NCBI GenBank assembly: GCA_028023455.1
Contig: JAQFVV010000003.1
Location: 27,218,001 to 27,282,000, forward strand
Length of the DNA stretch: 64,000 bases
Origin: Epiperipatus broadwayi
Taxonomy: Eukaryota > Animalia > Onychophora
Direction of reading: 5' to 3'
Of this stretch, positions 9,691 to 23,465 are shown one piece after another (position 1 is the first letter of the stretch; each line of letters starts with the position of its first letter). The translations under genes and the position numbers were made by a program. A model generated the notes under the pieces. The model saw only the letters and a list, made by a program, of their open reading frames with translations, was not told where the DNA came from and did no database searches.

Positions 9691-12589
9691 TGTAATTAGT
9701 ACTGAATAAGCATATTGCAAAGTCATATAATATTGTCTGGCATAATCATATATGCATCAGTAGAGAATGATGGTCACAAAAATTAATTTTTATGTAAAGT
9801 TAAAAGTTACAGAGTCAAGGTCTGGGTATGATATTAAGATAATCATAGGAAATTTAAATACAAGAGTGAAAAAATAAACAGTTTGGAGGCTTAACATAGA
9901 AAGAGACACTTTATGACATTGTAAATGATTATGGGGGAAGATTTTTGAAATAACTGTGCAATGTTTAACCACAAATAGTATATAAAAAAAGACAACTAAT
10001 AATGGAGCAATCAGTAATGAAATTGACGGAGTACTTGTTAGTATTATAAGAAGAAATGAGTGAAAATTGCATATAAAAATGGAAATAAAAGGAAAATTAC
10101 TACATAAAAAAATAGTATATGAAGATTAAGAAACTGTTTTCATCTGCTAAATGAAAAAAACCTCAGAAACTTCAAAAAAGTGAAAGATGCAATTAAATTA
10201 AAAATACAGTTGTGTGAAAAAAGTTGTTTTGAGTATACAGTAGAATATAAAACAAAGTATAGGTTAGTGATAAATATGTTAAAATGTGAAAAAAAAGCTA
10301 AACAATAATTCATAAATAAGCCTTCTTAGTTATTTAAAAATTAATAGCTATAAGCTTGAGATAAAATATAAACTATAGCTCACAAGATTATAATTTACTA
10401 TTGCAAGTAAGAAAGTTAATAGGAAAGGAAATTTCTATTTTACTTAGCAATTTAATTTTTTGATAGTGTTGACTAACAACAGGTCGATATTGATATAGGA
10501 GAATGTAATTTTGATATAGAATTAAAATTATTATTTTTTCTTCATAAGTAGAAAGCAATGTACCATCTTTGGTTAGATTTAAAATAGGTATTATATTTAA
10601 AAAAAATATTGTCATGATTTTGTGTGTTATTAACTGCATAAGATCATCAAGTGATGTTTATCCTAATTATGGATTTATTGTGGATTCACTTGAATACAAA
10701 GTAATATTCACAATTCATTTTTATTATTCTTATTCAAGTAATACAATAGATAGTTTCTTACTATAAAATATTAAATGAATTTAAACATATACTTTGATAG
10801 CATTTTGAATTAACATTTTATTTTTAGTACATATTTTAACAATAGGTTTAGATGAATAAATAATAAGTATATTTTCATATATGTTTGCATGTTTAAATTA
10901 GTGTAAATTTAAAATCATGTATATTTTAACAGTAGTATTTTATTAAAGGTATATAAAATGTAATAATGTTTTGTGTTAGACAAACAAATTTATTTTTATT
11001 CTTATTTGTAATATTATAAAAAGAGATTAAAATTATGGTATCATTCATTTTTATTTTAAAATATTTTCTTTTTAAAAATTAAAAAAAACAAACAAACATT
11101 TTGACCAGAAACACGGTTGTGTCTATAAAACTCTAATTAAAGTGAAATGATCACTCGATGAATTAACCTAAATGTTAACATCAGTAACCAAATTATAAAT
11201 TGTCCATGATTTAAGTGAGGATCCTATATATCTCTATCATTTTAGATGGTGTACTGCATTTTGCATTAAGATAAAGTTTTACTGCAATATATATATATTA
11301 AATGTTTAATTTAAATCATACAATGTGAGTCTAAATAATAATGTTTACTCCAAAAGACAATATCTTTTATGAGGTTAACCTATTTTAAATTAAAGAAATA
11401 GAATTTATTTTAAGTGCACTTTGGAAAAGATTATAAAATGCTTACAAAGTTTTGCTATATGAATTAACATATGCATCTATTTGTGTGCCAAGAAATACTG
11501 CCAAAGTTATGACCAAATGGATAATTTGGACTTAATAAATAATAATCTAATCATTTTAAGAAGTATAAAAAGCTTATTTTTAGTGTTGTCTAAAGTGTTA
11601 GATTTCATAATAACTTGCTAAGGATTATTGTTTAAATAAACTTAGAATATTTAAAAGAAAAAGAAAACACTCTTGGGAATATATCTTTTAAAAAATATCA
11701 TTTCATGGATTTTCTTTGTGTGATTTTAACAAAAAAAGTAGAATAATTGGACTCTATGTGTATGGACTTTATTTAACATTTATTATTCAATTGACCAATA
11801 GTATGTCTTATTTTATTTATATTATTGTTTTTAAGGTTATTAAATGTATTTGTGTGTAGGTGGATATATATAAATTAATAACCGGAAAAACTCTTATTAA
11901 TTCTAAAATAAAATTTAAACAATTGTAGTGAACTTTTACTTAATGACATATTTTCATTCATTTGTAGATGATTGTAAATATAATTGAAATATATATATAG
12001 GCTAAAGAAATGATTATTTGGGAATAAGTAATAAGTTTGCAAAATAACAGTTATAATAAATTGATTATCTTATATGTAATATAAACGATCAGTAAGCAAT
12101 CTAAAACAGATTCTTTTCTTTTGTATATTTAATACATATACTATTTATTGAAAATAGCAAATCAATATTTTCTGTGGTAAATACATGCAAGGTCTTAGCA
12201 TCATATTATAGTTAAAACAAGTAGAACATTTTATAGTAAAATGGTTTCAAGCTATTAAACATATTATTAATCAATATCTTATTTTGTAAATAAATTGTTT
12301 ATTTATTAAACTTGAGTTAATAGTTTTATCTGATTTGGTAGGTATATGATACAATAATAAAGTCTCTATGCAATTGTAAACATTTAAAATTTAATTAGAC
12401 AAAATAATATAGATTTTTCTTTATTAGAATTAAATAATTATCAAAGGTGAAACTAATGTTTTCATAGACCTCAATTGGTATTATTCAAACATAAAAAGCT
12501 AGTCAATAAATTATAGATACAAACTTTATATATAATCAAGCTTAATTTTATTTATCCTTTAACATTATTGTAAATTTTAGTACTTAATA

Positions 12590-13230
12590 ATAAAAGTCAT
12601 GCCAATTGTCACGCAGACCAAGGCTTTCCAGAAATACCATCAATTCGCTCCGCACCAAATTGCTATGGAAGAAGGATGCAAGAAAAACAGTGTGTATCAG
12701 TCTTGCTATGGTGCAGAAGCCAAAACATCTGAATGGTCTTGTTCTGCACACAATCGAGGTCTTCTATGTACAAAAAGCTCTAACATTGCTAAAAATGGTG
12801 GAAGTCAGGCAAAGTGAAGAGTTAGTATCTGATACAGTGGAGCCTATAGACACTCCCCCACTGATTAATTCAAAATGGATCATGAAAATAAAAGAACATT
12901 TAAATGGTTTATTTATAGTCACTGATCAAATAGTCAATGAAAGGCATATTTACTGGGACATCTACAATCTCATTCCCGCTAGACAAAACAAAACCTTTTC
13001 ATTAATAGATATATCTGTAAAAGGACTAATTAATAAGTCAAGATTTGGGGCCTTTGAGCCCCAAATAGTAGATTTTGTAATAAAGTAATATGTGTTCATT
13101 GCCAACAAGCCATTTCCTGGTGATTTGTAGGGGGGATATAAAGATAACTGTGACATATAGCCTGTGTAATAATTATGAAGAAACTCAGGGTCATATTTTT
13201 TTCAAGTGCTGTTATTTAATTGACTAAGAG
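12590..13230 (+). mobile_element. L1/Tx1-clade LINE ORF2 C-terminal remnant
   Basis: KLLWKKD...QKPKHLNGLVLHTIEVFY resembles FLW..K...PK..GGLGL..I..YY. It is followed by the zf-RVT-like YSLCNNYEETQGHIFFKC near 13155-13212. Confidence 0.65.
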
Positions 13231-14279
13231 TTAGATAGTTGGGAGCGTCAAACATGGTTGTAGAGAGAGTCTGAACTTTGTAAAGGCATTAGAAAATGGT
13301 AAATTAACTGTAATAAGAATGCCAGTTTTTATTCTCTTTGCACTATGGATCACTAGATGTGACTTGATTTTCAGGAAAAGTATGCTGGATTAATGGACAA
13401 TTTTTAAGGAAAATTTACGTGGCCTCAAAACCAATGACCGTTTGTTGGCACCCGATGCATTATATTCAGACACATGGAATCAAATTACCACTGACTATAA
13501 TGAAACCTGCATGCAAATGACTACAAAAAATTCAGGAATAATAGACTGAATACTGGTGCATGATTGTTAAAAGAGAGAGAATGGGCACTAAAGGAGATGG
13601 CGTACTCAAACTACATACAATGTAAGAAGAAATATTTCCTTAGTTCACTTGAATAGACATAAGATTGTGCGAAATATGGAGAAGAGTTTACTACCCGCAA
13701 GCTAAAAAATATTAACCCGTAAGAAATTAAAGTTAATATGCAATAAATATTGCCTCAACCAAAGAGATTGCCAGGCAGTTAAAGCTGGTGGAGTTTAAAA
13801 GAAATTCAAAATTAATCAACGATGAGGCCTGGCCTCTAAAACTGTCTTTGTATATTAACAATGTAAACTTTTTGATGAGCATTGACTACAATTGTACTGA
13901 ATATACCAAGCATGAAGAATAATGTGACTTGGCCTTAGAATTTCTCTAGTATGAATTGTTAGTAATTTATGTATATGTTTTTTTTTTGGAATCATCTTGA
14001 ATAAAGATATATTTTCATTTTAAAAAAATAATAATAATAAAAGTTATTTTATGAATTAATCCCATATAAACTTAAACTATTAACTAATATACCTGTTATA
14101 AATTTTCAAATAAATTATTAATAAATTATTTTATTGTGTATTACAATTTTCCATTCAGTCAGATTATCATTTGTTTAATAAATACATAAGTATTATTAAT
14201 AGTTTTTTAAACATTATTTTATATAGATTTTAACTTACTTTATTAATAATCTTAAGTAAAATTATTGCTTAAATTGATT

Positions 14280-14476
14280 TTGTTACAGATTTGGCTTGCT
14301 CAATTTGTGTAGCACTACTAATTTGAATTGGCCCATTTATATTGTTACATATTTGGTGTATCCAGAATACTTGGGGCATCTATGAGGACTTGTCCAATTT
14401 ATACCATTACAGATTTTGGTGCATCCAGTTCGTGGAGCATACAAAAGTAAACTTCCAATTTATATCATTACACTAC
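14280..14476. repeat. Degenerate ~62-bp tandem repeat, 3.2 units
   Basis: Units start at 14280, 14342, 14404 and 14465. Conserved block ccaatttata-yyrttacagatttgg alternates with divergent ~35-bp segments. Confidence 0.65.
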
Positions 14477-17400
14477 AATGAAACTATTTAAATATATTTT
14501 AAACATTATTCAACACTACTGTAGTGCAGTAGTTCAAATAGCTTATGTTATGCTAGAAATTAAAATACTTTATCTCTAAGTTAACATAATATTGGATTGC
14601 ATTATAGAGAGTAGAAAATACTTTCCTTCATTTTTAAATTAATATCAGTGCATTTTCTAAATTATCTACAGTGGGAAAAAAACACCAAAGGATAATTTTA
14701 TTATTATTAAAATGATGAGTTTGTGACAGTAAGATATTTTAAAATTCTTCTAAGGAATAGAAAAATTCATTAGCAGGAAAATCATAAGAATGTTTTGAGA
14801 AAATTGTATATATTTATTATTTATAATTAGAATTTATAAAAATTTAGTTATAAATAATAACGCAGCTTAAACCACGGCACATGCGCTTTACAGATGTTAC
14901 GAAAATATTATTCAATAGTATATCATTCATATTTGGATAACAGTAATTATATGACATTTCAAATTAATAATAAAAAATTATCCACGCAGGAAAATAGTAC
15001 ATTAAAATCTTTATTTGTCAACAAACGATATAATGAAATGGCAACTTCAAAAGAAGATCGGTACATGTATATATTACGTATATGCTGCTAATTCCATAAT
15101 AAATAAAAAAAGGCAAATAAAATATGCAGAAAAATGAAGTACATGAAAACGATGGATCAAGCTCTTACTGTGCAATAAGTTAAAAGTAAAGTAAAATTAA
15201 AACGCTAATACGTAAAATGCCCCCCCCCCCCCGAAAAACACTGCACTGTCTCAGAATTAGTTTCATCTTGAATGAATGATTCTTATTAATGGTTGATCTT
15301 ATATCTCAAATTGTGCCAATAACTAAATAAATAAAAAATTCATCCTTGCAAATATACAATAAATGAATAATATAAGCATGTCATCAAAGTTAACAGGGTG
15401 ATATTATTTACCTGTATTTTAGCAATACTTCAGTGTTATATCATCATTGAACTATTTGCTATTTTTAGCATTATTCTTTTAGAACATTCCACAACATTAA
15501 ATCCCAGTTTTTCTTTCTGGCATATGATACTGTGCATTATTTTTTTAAACAAAAATCTTGAGTATCAGAATTATTCACTTTTAACACTTCTATAAACAAT
15601 TTATGCATTTTTATTAATTTCTCTTGAATCATCCAATGTCATATAAATAATTAACCATTCTAATAAAATTACCTATTGTCAATTTAGCTAATCATCCAAT
15701 ATTGTTTAAAAAATGGATGATCATCAAATATTAGCTAGAAGATGAAGATCCAAGTTATTCTGTAATGGGTAGATTTTAACTGTAAAGCAAAAAACATGAA
15801 TGTAATAGGATGCAATTCTCACCAATAGTGTAGAACACATTTTATTCATATGGACATTGAGATCAAAATTTATCATCACTTTTTTTTTTCATGTGTCATA
15901 GCATCAAGTGCAATTGAATATTGGTATACTTTCTATGAAAAATCATTCCATAGTTAGGCAAAAACAAAATGGTTTATGTTGAAATAAACTCCATCATTCT
16001 TAACCTGAGCTCAAATTACAGAAATAATCTATGGTATAACTTCAAATTGCAATCTCATAAGTTGAATATTAAAATGAATTATGACTGCAATTATATAGAA
16101 TTCTGAAATGGAAATTAATTCTTAAAATTATTTAAAATTTAAGTTCATCAATATTACATAAACTATTATAAACCAGTCATTAGAAGTCAAAATTGAAACA
16201 GAAATCATCATTGTTATTGATGATGGTCAAGTAGTGTCACTTTTTTTTAGTATTCTGTCTTGTATACAACTTGACTTTAGAAAGAGAATTTATCATACAC
16301 TTACACAAGAAACACACATTGTTCACTTTCAGAAGTAACTACTTTATTTACTTTAAAATGATAACAAGATGCTGAGAAAATTCTAATTTGAAAATAAGGC
16401 AATATATAATAAATATGATTTTAGTTCTACATTTTATATTTTGTAATGGCATTGGTAGTGGAAAGAATTATTCTATTTGCATTATCAAGATGGTAGTGTT
16501 GGCTGATAAATTACTAATAGGATTGATGAAACTCAAGGATTGGGATGTAAGTACATATAAATAAAGTGAATTAATAAAAATATTATAGTGAAGCATTATA
16601 AAAAATGTTTTTACATATTTGGGGAATTAAGTAACTGATGACAGAATAAATAAAAAAAAATGAAGGAAAAATGCAATAATTAAAGCGGCTTTTAATAAAG
16701 ATGACAGATTATTGCATAATTCATTGAAATTAGATTTAAAAAAGAGGATTGTTCCTTTCTGTGGGGTGCCACTATACATGAAGCCGAAATATGAATAACT
16801 AAAAAAAAAAGTTAGCATTAGATGTAGATTTGGAGAATGAAATAGCTAAGTTGAAAGAATAAGATCACCAATATAAAAATGTTGAAAAAAGATTGAAAAA
16901 ATTATAAGATAAATTTAATTGAAAATAGGCTTTAAAGCAAGAGAATTATGAAAAATATGCTGGAATGATTGTGAAGGGTAAAAAGAAATACCTGGAAAAT
17001 GAAATAGTTAAATTTTAAGAATAGTTAGGAGTATTTAAAAAGTATAGCAAGGATTAAACAGGGGTTTGATAAAATCTGCCTCTTGGTGAAAACTGCTTTG
17101 TACTGCCTTAATTAAATCAGTAACAAGAACTAACAGTTCTTTGATTTTCTCACAGTTGAAATAGTTTTAAAAAGATTACCAGTTGAATGAAACAATTATG
17201 CTCATTATTCATCTTGGTGCTAGAGTATTACTGTGACTTGCAGAAAAACTTCTCCATTTTATTTTTTTTAAAGGGACAACCGACATCTTTGACTCAAAGT
17301 ATCATTACTGTTAATGTACAATGTTAATATGCAAACCAAATGTGTATTAGTAGAATCTTCTAAAATGAACAGATCTCAAAAAATATGCTTTTTTTTTTAC

Positions 17401-18299
17401 CTCAATAGTGATTAGCAAGTACTTAGTGGATTATGCACTCAAGAGCCTTAAATGAATATTTGATGTCCCTAAAATAAAATTAATATAAGTAAAAAATATT
17501 ATTGATAATCAACAATTTATTCCTCTTGCAATGAAATCATTTGACAAGAACTATATAACATTTGTATACAATGTTAATTATTGCATTTAGAAATAATTTT
17601 CAATATCAGTATTTAATCTTAGGATTTTTTCAAAACATTTTAATAATTTGCTAATAAATTCTATTCAAATTCTTTCTGTCTAGGACAGACATGGAGAATC
17701 TATAGGTCACTATTATTATTAGACTACATTTCATTAAATTTGTTATAAAATTAACAAAATATGATTTTTCTCACCATAACACACCGTTTTATAGTAGATA
17801 TACCTCTAACTATATATACATTTATTTGATAGTAATCAGCATACAGCACTTAGCATGCTGACAGTGTGCAAAGAAAATATCAACTGTATTACTGTACATA
17901 ATGCAAAAACAGACACTGCATTATGGATGTAATCCAAATTATATTTATATAAAGATTTTTAAAAATTATTTTTTACTTTACTAAGAGATTTTTCTCAATA
18001 TTGTTTTTTAAGAATTTTTTTTGTTCTACTTAATATGGCCAGTCTGAATAAAAAATAAAAATTATCAGCATCAAGTAACAGAATTCTGAAGTTGATGGAC
18101 AAAAGAATATGGTATGATTAATAAGGACAATAAAATCCTGTTTTATGTTCCAGGATAATAGTATGTAGAATTTCATCAGAAAAACAGCATTATGAAACAA
18201 ACCATAAATTTCATCTTGATAAGAAGTTAAGAAACAAAAATAATTTATTGCATGGGCCATTAAAAATAGGATGCTCAGTTAACATTCCTAATTAAATAT

Positions 18300-18790
18300 A
18301 TTGGCAGGCAGCCAAACATAATATTTGCTAGTTAAACTGCCTCATATGTAATTGCCAAAGATGGAAATTCTTTTGGTAAATATCTAAAATAAAAATGGTT
18401 AAAATGCGCACCTGTTCTTTTTGAAATCATAGAAAAAATATGATAAAAGATTGAACCCATCAGGAAAAATTAGATATAAAATTTTCCAGTTTCATTTCTT
18501 TGTCTTAATAAGACTACTGACATAAGTGGATTAGCTCTTTTTATTCATTATTGAGTTGGGAACAATATAGAATTAATCATTGTTAGCAACAACAACAGAA
18601 ATTGATATTTGCAATGCAATTATAGATGCATTTTCTGAAACAGAAATAAACCTTTCCACAATTATATTAACTGATGGTGCCGCAATATGATCAGACAGGA
18701 AAATGGTTTTTTCAATTCACTTATTAAATGTAATGGACATGCAGTTCTGGATTTTCACTGCATTAGATATACCAGTTTTTATGTGCCATT
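18300..18790 (+). mobile_element. hAT transposase remnant (SPIN/GTF2IRD2-like)
   Basis: Frameshifted motifs FCLNKTTDISG (cf. LALDESTDISD), TTTEIDICNAI, IILTDGAAI (cf. TTDGAPSM) and VLDFHCI. Confidence 0.7.
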
Positions 18791-19474
18791 ACTAGTTTCA
18801 AGATACTGTAAGCATGTATTTTAATTACAATTGTCTACTTATGCATAATAATGAATGATAATTAAGTTATTTGTTGAATGATTGGAGGAAATTGGACTTT
18901 TTTTTTTTTACATAATGATAATATCATTGAAAACAATAAACTAATGAACATCGAATGGATTTAATTAAATTTGAAAGTGATAATAAACAGGCATCTTTAT
19001 TTTATATTTAACTTAAAGCATTTCAAGCTAAATTAAAAAAATTTAAGTGACATTATTTCAAATATATTTTTCAAATAAAAAGCAAAAAAAAAGTTGTAGA
19101 CATAGAAGCTGTCAAGAAACCAAATTAAGCTAAAATGATACACGTTTTCTATTATAATTCAGATCAATGACCAATAGAAACACCAACATTTATTTTATAT
19201 CTAGTCACATCATCAGTACATAAACTCTATTTGAAAATTCCAGAATGGTTAAATTTGAATATACAATAGCATATGATGGAAACAAAAGTTTGTTGATTTA
19301 AAAAATATTAAATGTAAATAAATAAAAAAATCACAGATAAAATATTAAAAACTTGGAATGTCATTCTTGGAAGTTTTAATTATTTAAAAACACTACAGAA
19401 TGTGTCTGCAGTATCCCAACTACTCACCCTCCAGGGAGGTCACTCCCACAGATAAGCCTCCTTATTAGAACTGA

Positions 19475-19960
19475 TTGGCTGCAATTCTCACATCTCTTAT
19501 CTCCAAACATACTATGCTTCCTAACAAATCGTCCTCAATAAAAATCAATTTCTGGGATGCATACTACATCCTCAATCCTGATGTTTCTGCAGGATCAACT
19601 CTCCTCAGGCTTAACAACCATCTGCTAATCAAGAAATTTAAGCGATGGTTCCTTGAACCCAAATATTTTGATTTCCTGATGAAGATAAATATTAATGCCT
19701 TGCCTACTAAACATTTTCTGGTGCATTGCCGAGGATTCTCAATCATAGAGTCCACTTGCTCATTATGCCTCAGAGAGAATGAAACTTCTCTTCACCTCCT
19801 CTGCCACTGTTTCCCTTCACCCCTACAGTCCTTATAGCCTCCATGTTAAATAACAATACACCTGCTCTGTCAACAATATACTCTGTGAATATATCCCGGA
19901 GATATGATTAACAACCTTCACACTGTTCTTGCTATGGTACATGCGGTGCTGGATCACCTT
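19475..19960 (+). mobile_element. L1/Tx1-clade LINE 3' fragment with zf-RVT
   Basis: INALPTKHFLVHCRG...CSLCLRENETSLHLLCHC matches the zf-RVT pattern. Confidence 0.75.
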
Positions 19961-22374
19961 TAATTATGCACTGGCGCGTCTGCTCGAGCTATATATTAAC
20001 AAAATGGGAAAAATTTGGAAAAGGGAGCAGAATTTAGCCCCTTCTTACATCTACATTTCTACTTGGAGGTTATTGATTTGGCCCAGAAAAGCTGATCCCT
20101 TTCACTCCTGAATAGAAAGCTCCTATCCTGGAGAGTGATTTGAAGCTGAATGGCCTGTATCCCTTTGTGATGATCACCTTGCTCTTCATGATTATTGCCC
20201 AGACCCTGAATTGTATGGAAGTAACCTCCAATATGAAGTCAATTTGGTCATACAAAGCATGGACAAAGGATTAGGTCTATTGTTGCACTTTATAAGACAT
20301 GCAAGCGTGGTCACCTATCAACAGGATACTATTCCGGACTCATTCCTTGCTGATATGCTTCATATTACTCCTTTTAGCCAGTGTCAAGCAAGATATCAAT
20401 ATTGAACTTTCATTCCCCTGATTATCATGTAATATATTCTATGTTTAACGCATGTGCTGTAATCAAATTTCTGAGAACATTCTATATTTTTTTTTAAAAA
20501 AACCCCTAATAACTGCTACTCTCTACTTCTGCATGTAAATCATTATTTTGAGAAATTTTCAGATTCAGAAATAGGACTGATAAATCTAGTTCTGCATTTC
20601 TTTTATTAAATTGATAATATATAATCCTGAAATAAAGCATTTAATGTACAGCAACAAGAAATTTATCAAAAATTTGTTAATATATATCTGAGCACTTATT
20701 GCATATATGTGTAGAGATGATAATCTGGATCAACTGATGATTGCTGGTTTAGCATGAAATACGCATATTGGTGATTATTTATCTTTTCGACATATATGTG
20801 TTCAAGAGTATCAGTGTTATGTGATAGAGTGGTGAGTAGTGCGAATGTCTGTCCTCATAAACCCTATATATTGATGCAGGTATTAATAAGCCTGTATTTC
20901 AGTTATTACATTTATCTTCGTATTGTTAAAATTTCTGTAATAATTAATTTCCCCTCATTATAGTGCATTTAAAAAGGTTCACCACCAGTGATTTAGGATT
21001 TTACTTAGGAGTATAAAAATGAATCTTATTAACAAAACGAATTAAAATTTATTTACATTAAACAAAATCAATATCACACTCAAAATTAAAACAAAAATTA
21101 CCACCATACCACCCCCCCCCCCCGCACAATCTTTTTTGTCAATTTGAGGATAACCCAGGTTGCAAAATCTGAGGCATAAATTACCTGTACTTGGGTAGAA
21201 ATAAAACTCGGTAGAAAAAAATATAAAGGAAATGTTTTTAATGGTCATTTTACTGTAAGATAGAATTACAAATTACACTTAATGATGACAAATAAATTAC
21301 ATGTAATATTAAGATAAAAACTGAACTGCAAATAAAGATATTAATTTGATAGCAAAATTAGACATCGGCTAACTTCATTGCTTTATATTAATATGCATTG
21401 AAAAATGATGGATCTTCACACTAGTCAATCTTTTATAGACCGAATATATCAAGAAACTTATTCAATGCATACTTATCTTTCATCCATAAGATAATGATGA
21501 AAGTCAATAGATTGAAAGTAATTATGTAAGCAGCTATTTAAAACGCAGTGAAAATTGTTCAAAGGTAATAAAGAATCAATTACACATAATTTTAATTAAT
21601 TACTTTTGTTCACAAAAACTAGAGATGAATTTAATACCCACTCCCTCTCACACACACTTTCATATAATTCTGATTTTCATTATAAAATATTTAATTTTTC
21701 TAATTTTTTAATGCATTCAGAAGCAAAATTTTAATAAAAAAAGTGTTTAGAATGATGCTATAATAATTTAGTCATATCCATCAAAAAAATTTGAAATCCT
21801 TTTTGGTGTCACAAAGACCCATAAAAGACAATAGTAATATCAAAATGGTCTGCAGAGTTTAGTTCGTCCTCTTCAATAGTGAGCAGTTTTAATTATCTAT
21901 TAGTTACTTATTATTTTCATTATTCTACTCAAGACTAATACATACAAAGAAGCTGGGTATAAACAGAGAATGGTGCATGTTGTAAAAAATTTAGAAATAA
22001 ACAATAGTCGAACATGGCAAGTAGTGATTATCAAATAGAATTGGTTACCATTAAAGGATAAATAATCGAAGTTTAACCATACAATAGTGAGAAGTTAATA
22101 GCGAAATTATGGTTAAAATTTTTTAAAAGAGTTTTATTTATATATGAAAATAGTAAATGTCTGACATTTAAATTGCCAGAAAATAATTGATCCTAAAAGA
22201 ACTATATGTGTCGGTTTGTAATGAATGCATGTTTGTGTTTAAAGACTTTAGAAATGGAGACACACGTGAAATTGGTTTACTCCTTGTGTGAAAAATGTTT
22301 ATTCCCTTCATGTTTTGAGAGTATCCATAAGTCAGGCAGCGATAAAATAACCAACAAATGTACACAATAGTTAT

Positions 22375-22830
22375 ATAACAATAATAATGTAAAAAAATGG
22401 TCTCTATAATTTATTGTCAAGGTAGACATTTTTCACACAAAGAGTAAACCAATTTCATATTTATCTCCTCAATGCATTGCTATGTCTTAGGGTTTAATTA
22501 AGTTTAACCAGTAAGATAGCAATAAATACAATTTGCTCTCATTTATAATTCTATATATTTTAATAACTACTTTCAACATGGACATACAATAATAATGTAA
22601 AAAAATTAATAATCTGATAGATAGACCATTCATTCAAATGATCTCTATAATTTATTCTCAAGGTAAAGACATTTTTCACACAAAGAGTAAACATTTATCT
22701 CCTCAATGCATTGTTATGTCTTAGGGTTTAATTAAGTTTAACCAGTAAGATAGCAATAAATACAATTTACTCTCATTTATAATTCTATATATTTTAATAA
22801 CTACTTTCAACAACATGGACATACAATTAC
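22375..22830. repeat. ~235-bp tandem duplication spanning the host/LTR junction
   Basis: The junction ctcctcaatgcat|tg(c/t)tatgtcttaggg occurs twice, with LTR starts at 22478 and 22712. Confidence 0.8.
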
Positions 22831-23465
22831 AATATAAAATAAAACACACAAGATTTCATTTAGTTTATTTACATACTAATATAAATAATGTTCGCTATTT
22901 TTCTCGGCTACGGATTTCATATTTTCCTTAAAGCTGTGCACTGGTAACATGCCGGAAACCAAGAGCGATAAATCTCCACCACCAGTTTTATACCATACCC
23001 ATTTTATCGGGCAAATATCCTGGAAACCATAATTGACAGCAGTGCTCTCTTTATATTTTTTGTGGAGAATTTACGTTACGAGGTAAGTACAAAGTCATTA
23101 ATTATCACAAACCAAATGTATATACCAGTCTTTTCCCCATTCTAGTAATACATAATACTTTAGTTTACTACATAGTCCTTAAATTTAACTGGTGGTCTCC
23201 GTATTCGGGAAATTTTAGGGCTATCATTTCTATTTTTCCTTTACACTCTTTGGTGAGTCCAATTCTTGCTCTGTCATTTTATCTTCAGTCAGTTCTGGCT
23301 CATCTTCCTTCTTTAGTCGGTCCCTTCTTGATGTGATTCATTTCCAGCCATATAGACTCGTCTTCCTTTGTTTCACAACCCTCCCCACAATGGCGAAGGT
23401 GGTTTATATGTTTTTTTTAACACTTTTCCACATTCTAACTCAAATAGACAAATTTGTCTGTGCAA

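Noticed and set aside
12599-13088. 160-aa ORF as a host gene
   Set aside because: Motifs match L1/Tx1 ORF2 and a broken zf-RVT follows.
14280-14476. CRISPR array
   Set aside because: Eukaryotic context, imperfect repeats, only ~3 units and no cas genes; kept only as a repeat.
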